NCBI GenBank assembly: GCA_964016885.1 | Contig: OZ024742.1 | Span: forward strand, 171,988,001-172,052,000 | Reading direction: 5' to 3' | Source: Eledone cirrhosa | Lineage: Eukaryota | Length of the DNA: 64,000 nt | Translations under genes and position numbers: made by a program | Part shown: positions 54,742 to 64,000 of the stretch, piece after piece | How positions within the stretch are numbered: the first letter of the stretch is position 1 | Layout of the letters: each line of letters starts with the position of its first letter | The notes under the pieces: model-generated | Database searches by the model: none | What the model was told of the DNA's origin: nothing | The model's input: the letters and a program-made list of their open reading frames with translations, nothing else

Positions 54742-54928
54742 ATAATTGTTTCTACTTTGGGCACAAGGCCAGCAATTATCCCAGCGCATTACTGGTACTT
54801 TATTTTATCAACCTCGTAACGATGAAAGGCAAAGTTAACCTCGGCGTTATCTGAACTCAGACCGATATTACGTAAAGGGACGTAGCTCTGTGCTGCAAAA
54901 CATGGCGTCCGACCCTCTACCGATTCTG
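54742..54928 (-). mobile_element. tRNA-derived SINE
   Basis: Reverse complement matches 41892-42073. Confidence 0.8.
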
Positions 54929-55491
54929 TAAGTCCGACACATAATGCGTCTTTAATACAGTTATAAAGGTATGTGTGAATGTGTAGATATCTCGTTTGTG
55001 CGTGCTCGGACACACAAACACAAGTTGATTTATACAATTTCCTTCAAAACATCTATGATGTTTCAGTGAATTCGGACAAATTGGCAGTTCACGCTCATCG
55101 GCTGTCTTTTGGAAGAATCCCAAACTATAATGATACCCAGAAAACAGCCGATTAGCGGGTACTATATCCGCCTTTTCAGAATCTTATGTTACTTATCTGT
55201 CTCGAGTTTTATTCTTTTTATTGATATTTTCATTGTAATCGACACACCCTCATTTTGAAATCCCAACTGTTTTATAGATTTATATATACATATATTTTTC
55301 CTAATTCCTATGTTTCAAACTTTTCTCTCACTCTGTCTCTTTTCGAAACACTTCATTCCCCGAAGAAGGAATTCTGTCCTTAATGTCAAATCCTTTTTTA
55401 CTTCATTCTAAGCGAGATACTAAGAGTTTTATTATTTGAATCTCTGAGTTTGTTTTATCTCTTAAACTATATATATATATATATACATATA

Positions 55492-56245
55492 TCTGTATTT
55501 ATATAAAGATGAAATTTTCTCTGTGTGTGTGGACAATTTTTAATGAGGGCTCATATATTCTAAAGCATTCATGCGATTTCTTTTAAATTTTTTACAGAGC
55601 TTCTCCTTTCACAAAACCTGTACATGATCTACAAAGGCTTTCAAAAATCGATATTGGGGCCTTTGGAAACATTAAAAAAGTTTCGGTTATTTGTGTCAAT
55701 TTTCGTGATTAAATAAGACAAGTGTTATCTTTCGTCAATACAATAGGAACTCATTTTTGATGACGTTCGTTGATCTCGAGTTGGTAATTCTGACAACCTA
55801 TTTATTTATGCTCCTGACGGGAAAACCAAACATTTTGTGTATAAATCTGCTCTTCAATAATCCAAAAGATTATGAGTGCTCCCACCCAACATCCACCTCT
55901 TTTATAACGATTTGCTTATCCATCAGTTCCCCCAGTTATGTCCAATATGTATTGTTATTCTAACCTATGTACATAACAGTGTCTATTATTCACTTCACTT
56001 CTCTATTTCATGATGCGCTTTTACTGTTGCCAAAAAAATTTATACATAGACTGGATTTCTGTTGTTACATGGGATAACGGAGGATACCGAACTCACATAT
56101 GAATTATTTCGCTGGGAGAGTGCCTAAGGTTTTCATGTTTACCTAAAGTACGTTTTTCTTCTATGTATTCAAATTTACTTTGTTTAGTTTAATGAGTTAC
56201 ATCGAAAGCTACTTGAACCGTCCAAAGGACGGGTACTTTAGCTAG
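55492..56245 (+). mobile_element. Non-autonomous Helitron
   Basis: A|TC 5' end; 3' hairpin CCGTCC-AAA-GGACGG (56218-56232) then CTAG|T; internal helicase C-terminal remnant SRVGNSDNLFIYAPDGKTKHFVYKSALQ* at 55774-55860. Confidence 0.8.
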
Positions 56246-56267
56246 TATATGTATATATTCTTTACTG

Positions 56268-56347
<80 letters not shown>

Positions 56348-57889
56348 ATGTGTGTGTTTGTGTGTGTGTGTATATATTTATACACATTGTATATAAGGTG
56401 AGATAGACATAGTTTCTGACAGAGATATCACAAAGAGAGACAAATAGACAGAGAGTATGAGAGAGTCACAGAGGGAGAACTTACTCGGTAAGGTATTTAA
56501 TGGTTTAAATTCATGTCAGCGACTAGTAATTAATTAATTATAGCCTTGTAGTAATTAGTAGTACATTCCAAATATTTCCCTCTTGGCTGGTTTGCGAGAA
56601 TGTTGATGTAAGTAATGTAAGATCCCCTCCCCGTCTACCCCTCATTAGCTACAACCCAAGTTTATTTGAACTAGATTAAGAGAAGTACCTAAAAAGATTT
56701 ATTGAAAACATTGAAATAAGTGTTTAAGAAAACATTGTAATAAGATTGTGTTGTACCTCCGTCGGTTCAAATGATGAATATCCATTTCTTCAGTTATAAA
56801 ACAACTTATTCGAGAAATTAACCTGCATATATCTGACCATTCTAAGAATTGCTGGACTTTTAAAGTCGTTCTGATGTAGAATCAGTGTGCGACAGTATAT
56901 GTGGTATAGCTGGCCTTTTAAATCAGAGATACACATTTTTTGTCACCTGAGTAGAGTGAGGCAGCCAATTATAAAGTTTACCTTCCACGGACACATCACA
57001 TATCCGGGAATCGATCTCATGAAGTTTACACCCGAAACACTGTCTTAACTATATTTATTTTATTAATACTTCAAAGTTTAAATATGATTTCTGATTTAGG
57101 AACAAGTCCAGTAATTTGTTGCACGCGAAAATCATTTATATCGACCTAAACATTTGGTTAGTATTATATTTTTTCGAGCTCGGAAGATAAAAGGAAAAGT
57201 TAACCTCCGCACGATTTGTACTTAGAATGCAATGACGCTTAACAAACAGTACTGAACATTAATTCTGCCTATCCATCGCCCTTGTATAACCTTTAAATGT
57301 TTTCAGATGTTCTTGTAAGAGTATTCATGCAATAAATACAGTGTCAGATTCATGAATAATGAAAACATCTTTAGCGAGTATTGAACTCTCAATCTAATTG
57401 GTTGAACATAAAATTTGTCATTTACACGAAAATTCTAGTCTCTCACCCTGTCAGCATCCTAATTTTAACAGAGAAATAGATATTTGCCAACATTGGCTCA
57501 ATGCCAATAGTCATTTGTACGGAATAGTAGAATTGATGGCATGTCTTCCGGAGCTTCATGTGGGATATTTAAACGACACTAGAAGAATAAAGGTAACGGA
57601 TAATTCTGATAAGATTTGAACACACTACATCCAGGCATGGCGCTGTGTGGTTAAGAAATTCGCATTGAAATTATGTGGTATCTGGTTGAATTCAATTAGA
57701 ATCGCATTGGGGATAAATTTTCTTGGAGGGTAGGGGTGGGTAACTATGTGGAATCCCGTTTGAGATAGAGTTTTTGTTTTTGGCTGGTGGAAGATTCATG
57801 TGTTACGTGGTTTAACGCATCAACACCGTACTTAGGCTCATGTAATTGAGTCAACTCGAGTGCAACCATGGAAACCTCCTTTCGAATCA

Positions 57890-58065
57890 GAAGATATTTA
57901 GAGCCTGTAGTAGTGGAGATTTCCGGCGTTCTAGGCCCGTGTACCACAGCCCAGCTCATTGGTATTGGGGCGGAGTTAGCTGCCTGCAGATGTGAACTGG
58001 TTGTTTCAGCGCGTCTCCCACACCATTCTCCGAGGAAACGCACTGTCCATCCTGTCGGCCGGGAC
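57890..58065 (+). pseudogene. CRE-like RLE retrotransposon C-terminal remnant (frameshifted)
   Basis: EPVVVEISGVLGP...L..IG..L / WLFQRVSHTILRGNALSIL. Confidence 0.7.
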
Positions 58066-59266
58066 AGAGAGGCAGAAGGTAAGTGAGTTGGTAGTGGAGG
58101 ATACTCGTTCGGATGTCGCTTTCACACATGTATTGAACGTTATTTTTTAAAACTGTTGTATTTATTAATGACTGTACATGATGACATGTAGACGAATTTA
58201 TATTTACGTACATTCCATGTACGATTACTGGAGCCGCTGAATAAGTTCATAAAAGTTGCAATTCATAATCCACGAATTAAAACAAATATAAAAAGATTTA
58301 GTTGCATTAAATTAGACATTTCTTTTACTGCTTTTCGTAATTTAACTGGGGCAATATTTGGACATTCCCTTGAAGAGAAAATCGTCATCATAACGATCAA
58401 ATTGTTTCAAATTTTCTAGACTGGATCTTATTTCATCGATCTATTTTCTCAAATCGCTTAGTAGCGGAACATGAGCCAACGGTCGGGTAAGATGTCACTC
58501 AGTGTGTCTTAATTCGATATTGCGTGGTTGCGATTAAAACATTTTAACCACACAGCCTTAAATTTAGTTTTACTTCCTACTGGTGCAATACTGGTTTAGA
58601 GTCTTCCTTTGTATATCTCATTCTCAATAGATCCCCAGCACCCACCCTCTCATTCGTATGCTTTGGCATAAATCAATCATGTTCATACGTAGAGAGATAT
58701 GTTCTCTCAGATTTAAATGTCACGATGGCGCTCTTATAAGATCTACTAGCAGTTAGACACCCATTTCGTTGAACGTATATATTAAGACTTTAGTTTTGCT
58801 CTTAATAGTCTTGTAAGTAATTGCAGAAATAAATATTCTTATAAACCTGAATGTGAAGTTCATATTAGCTTCAAATATTAACTGCAATATATTACAGGTG
58901 TAAGACTTTACCCACAATTTAGATCATGGTAGTTATACAGAAAGTCATTCATTCATATCATCTAATTGCCCAAAATAGAGCGTAAATAATATCTTTCGAC
59001 CTAAATCTATGGATTAAAAGTATCATGCTCTATTAAATATATATTATTGTGTGTTTCAGTATGTATGTGTACTAGCTGTCAGACATACCGAGCCGAAGAA
59101 GTGTACACTATGTAGTTATATTGGCAAACATAAGGAACAACTTTGGCTAATTCCAACTTGTAATCTTGGTGCAACTAGCTAAATACTTTATAGCACCCTT
59201 AATTTTTGTTCCAAATACCTCATATATGTTGGTGTAATTATGGTTTAGGGCAATCGACTATCTTAG

Positions 59267-59335
<69 letters not shown>

Positions 59336-59348
59336 TATATCTATACAG

Positions 59349-59415
<67 letters not shown>

Positions 59416-59421
59416 TATATG

Positions 59422-59454
<33 letters not shown>

Positions 59455-59456
59455 TC

Positions 59457-59557
<101 letters not shown>

Positions 59558-60409
59558 TACATAGATACATATGTAAAAACGTATAAACATTCACGCGAAT
59601 ATATATATGTATATATGTATATAAATGCATACACATATACGCCTCCCTCACACACACACTGATTAATATCAAATTATATAAGAATGTACTTTGGGCATCA
59701 AGGAAATTATTTTCAGTGCAGGATTAACCATGGGGCAATTGGCAAATTGTAACAGATTTTCTTTTTTAAAGAAGGAAATATAATACCTTGAAAGTTTACA
59801 TATTTCCTGTTGCCCTAGGTATAAATAAATGTGTTTACGTTGCTTAATCTTATTGGTTTTGAATAAATATTATAAAAATAACTAATTATATATATTTTGG
59901 TATTTGCCCTAGAAGAAAAACTAAAATTTATCCTAGGATTTTGTCGGTTTCAACGTTAATTGTTCCAGTTGTGCAACAAATAGAACAACCAGCTCACGAA
60001 ATTAACGTTTAAGAGGCTGAGCATTCTATAGAGTGATGTACACTTAACATAGTTCTCAGGGAGATTCAACGTGACACGGTGTGTGACAAGCTTGTTTGTT
60101 TTGGGGTTAGTTCCGACGAGTTCCAGAAGACTTTGCAAACTGTTTACCTCTACCCAATTTCACTAACATGGATTGAAGCGATGAGACATGTATGTGTATG
60201 TAAATACTTAGCTTTTTCAAATTTTGTACAACATTCTTGATCTAAAATCCTGTGTTTATGAAGTAATTTGAATAGAATAGAAACAAAACGTCATGGAAGG
60301 GGAAATTAGTCATTCAGGAGGTCAAATAATGTGATGAAAGGTATTTGACTATTAAATAGCAATACGGTTATTATACGAATTGATGTATTATTAGTTACTT
60401 GATGAAGCA

Positions 60410-60815
60410 TGGTTTCGGATTTAGGCACAAGGCCAGCAATTTTCGGAGAAGGGTAGGTTGATTACCTCGACCCCTAGAGCATTACAATTCCTTTATTTCA
60501 TCGATGAAGGCAAAGCTAAAATCGGTGGAACTTGAACTCAGAACGGAATGGGACGTAAAACTATGCTGATAACCTTGTTTGACGCTCTAGTGATACTTGA
60601 CTGATAATGGCACATGGTTAACAATTATAGGGAAATGGCAAGTCGATTAAATGGATTTGAAATTAGAACGCAAAGGGCGTAAGTGTATGCCACGAACCAG
60701 GGTGTCCGACGCTTTCCCGATACTGCCACAGCACTACCTTTACTTGACTAATAATGAGTTCTAGTATAGGCACACGGCCAGCAATTTTGGAGGAGGGGAA
60801 AGTCGATTAAATAGC
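60410..60815 (-). mobile_element. Cluster of diverged SINE pieces
   Basis: AGGCAC(A)AGGCCAGCAATTTT twice, plus TTGAACTCAGAAC. Confidence 0.65.
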
Positions 60816-60959
60816 ACAGTGGTCGCAATAACCAAATATCTGGATTCGACTCCCATGTACGTCAATACTCATCTTTTTCCATTTATCTAAGGATTCAAAA
60901 CCCCATTATCAGGCTAAAATTCCTTTAGTCAAAAATACGGTGAAAGCTATATATTTTCT

Positions 60960-60960
60960 A

Positions 60961-60992
<32 letters not shown>

Positions 60993-60993
60993 G

Positions 60994-61024
<31 letters not shown>

Positions 61025-61051
61025 GTATATATATATGTATATGTATATATG

Positions 61052-61107
<56 letters not shown>

Positions 61108-61224
61108 AATATATATATATATATATTTACATACATATATATATACTTATATATATACATATATATATATATGTATATACATATATATATATGTATATAT
61201 ATAAGTATATATATATGTATATAC

Positions 61225-61255
<31 letters not shown>

Positions 61256-61261
61256 TGTATG

Positions 61262-61301
<40 letters not shown>

Positions 61302-61722
61302 CACATATATATATATATATATATATACATATATTTATATATATATATATACATATATTTATATATATATATATATACACATATATTTATATATATATAT
61401 ATATACACTACCAAATCAACTTTTAAAATGGAAGTTGCATTATTATAAGGTATGTCAAAATTATTTATAAAACAGCTAATGTATTGTATTTTGTCTGAGG
61501 AAGGCATACCATATTTTTAATATGATATCCCAGAAATATATATAACGAAATAAATATGGTTTTATAAATATAGTCACCATTTGTTTAATATCGTAAACCT
61601 AGTCCAGAAACTGTTGAGTGCTTTTATATCAGTTATAAAATATCTACTCGTTGTAACACAACAATTTTAAATGAAACTTTTGCATATATATATATACATA
61701 TATTTATATATATACATATATT

Positions 61723-61812
<90 letters not shown>

Positions 61813-61933
61813 TATATACATATATATACATATATACATATATATACATATATATATATATGTATATACATATATATATACTTATATATACATATATATA
61901 TATATGTATCTACATATATATATATGTATATAC

Positions 61934-61988
<55 letters not shown>

Positions 61989-62381
61989 CATATATATATA
62001 CATATATATATATATACATATATATATGTATATACATATATATATATACATATATATATGTATATACATATATATATATACATATATATATATATATGTA
62101 TATACATATATATATATACATATATATATACACATACATATATATGTATATACATATATATATATATATACATATATATGTATATACATATATATATAGA
62201 TATATATATATATATGTATATACATATATATACAAATACATATATATATACATATATATATATATACATATATATATGTATTAACATATATATATACATA
62301 TATATATATGTATATACATATATATATACCTATATATTTATATGTATATACATATATATACATGTATATATATCTTTATAC

Positions 62382-62479
<98 letters not shown>

Positions 62480-62720
62480 TTATACATATATATACATATA
62501 TATATGAGAATGTGAGAAAAACCACAGACCCTCCATCTCAACTCACCTTCTGAAAAGCAGAAGAACTGCGAAACCGGTAAAGGAACCAAATAAATATATA
62601 TATTTTTTTCAAAAATAAGACTCCAGTTGCATTTTCGGTTTCATCTCTTTTTCTTTATACTTTCACTCGTGTAGGACACAGGGGTTATTTTTAATTTTGT
62701 AAAAAAACCTCACTTTCTAA

Positions 62721-62816
<96 letters not shown>

Positions 62817-62854
62817 CATATATATATACATACATATATATATATACACATATA

Positions 62855-62937
<83 letters not shown>

Positions 62938-62954
62938 TATAGTTATATATAAAT

Positions 62955-62985
<31 letters not shown>

Positions 62986-62996
62986 CATATATATAC

Positions 62997-63027
<31 letters not shown>

Positions 63028-63068
63028 CATATATACATATATATATACATATATATAGATATATATAA

Positions 63069-63105
<37 letters not shown>

Positions 63106-63124
63106 TTCATATATATATATATAT

Positions 63125-63157
<33 letters not shown>

Positions 63158-63196
63158 CATATATACACTTATATATATATATATATATACATATAT

Positions 63197-63247
<51 letters not shown>

Positions 63248-63282
63248 TATACATACATATATATATATATATACATATATTC

Positions 63283-63315
<33 letters not shown>

Positions 63316-63351
63316 TACATATATATATACATATATATAGGATATATATAA

Positions 63352-63450
<99 letters not shown>

Positions 63451-63545
63451 TACACTTATATATATATATATATACATATATACACATATATATATATATA
63501 TATATACATATATATACATACATATATATATATATACATATATTC

Positions 63546-63578
<33 letters not shown>

Positions 63579-63717
63579 TACATACATATATATATATATA
63601 TAGATATATATATGTATATACATATATATATATATATGTATATTGATATATATATATATACATATATATATATGTATATCTATATATGTATATACATATA
63701 TGTATATATATATATAT
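60960..63717. repeat. Long compound (TA)n tracts (60960-61405, 61684-62505, 62722-63717)
   Basis: Seen directly. Confidence 0.95.
62506..62720 (+). mobile_element. HHR-bearing pseudo-LTR family copy (HHR 62546-62583, C3-A8 mismatch)
   Basis: CCTT CTGAAAA GCAG aagaa CTGC GAAACCGGTA AAGG; same 3' end as 29967. Confidence 0.8.
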
Positions 63718-63721
63718 CCTC

Positions 63722-64000
63722 TTACAGCAGGATCTGGATGCCATATACAGATGGGCGGAAGAAAACAACATGCAGTTTAATGCTGGCAAATTCCAAGCCC
63801 TACAATACAAACCTGCAAACACAAACACAAATATAGCGGAACACAGCTACACAGGACCAGGAGGGACCGATATCCCCGTGTCAAAATCGATACGAGACCT
63901 GGGCATAGACATGAGCGATGATGCATCTTTTTCTTCACACATCATGAAGGTGGCGACAGCATGTAGACGATTCGCTGGCTGGATCTTGAGGACTTTCCTT
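63722..64000 (+). mobile_element. 5'-truncated CR1/L2-like LINE, RT thumb region, running off the window
   Basis: Open frame [27 protein letters not shown]...IRDLGIDMSDDASFSSHI...GWILRTF. Confidence 0.85.

Noticed and set aside
57868-58086. ORF ending at AAG|GTAAGT, resembling a host first exon
   Set aside because: The sequence translates across a frameshift into a CRE-like retrotransposon C-terminus. Exonisation cannot be excluded without RNA data

Overview
AT-rich animal genomic DNA, probably an intergenic or intronic region. The SINE families and the density of (TA)n/(CA)n/(TAA)n tracts suggest a coleoid cephalopod such as Octopus; this is an inference. I could not recognise any host protein-coding exon. 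Almost all ORFs in the supplied track ([12 protein letters not shown]) are microsatellite artefacts. The real content is transposon-derived: a rearranged 4 kb Helitron (Rep HUH plus PIF1 helicase), a short non-autonomous Helitron, decayed non-LTR retrotransposons (R4/Dong-like, Tx1-like, CRE-like, another RLE type, CR1/L2-like, RTE-like 5' UTR), three GIY-YIG endonuclease fragments of Penelope-like elements (PLEs), and many tRNA-SINE copies. The most striking feature is a set of small islands embedded in (TA)n tracts that are fold-back inversions or head-to-tail multimers. At least six apparently distinct families carry recognisable minimal type I hammerhead ribozymes (HHRs), including U3-A8 covariants, and several more carry decayed cores. 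Examples are a 481-bp HHR unit in 2.2 tandem copies and a 526-bp HHR monomer with terminal redundancy. A separate ~600-bp non-coding family (594-bp and 605-bp variants) is colinear around its whole circle, conserves hairpins, occurs as differently permuted multimers and has no canonical HHR. It is the best candidate for an undescribed circular-RNA or retrozyme-like replicon. All pairings and alignments were done by eye and need computational confirmation.
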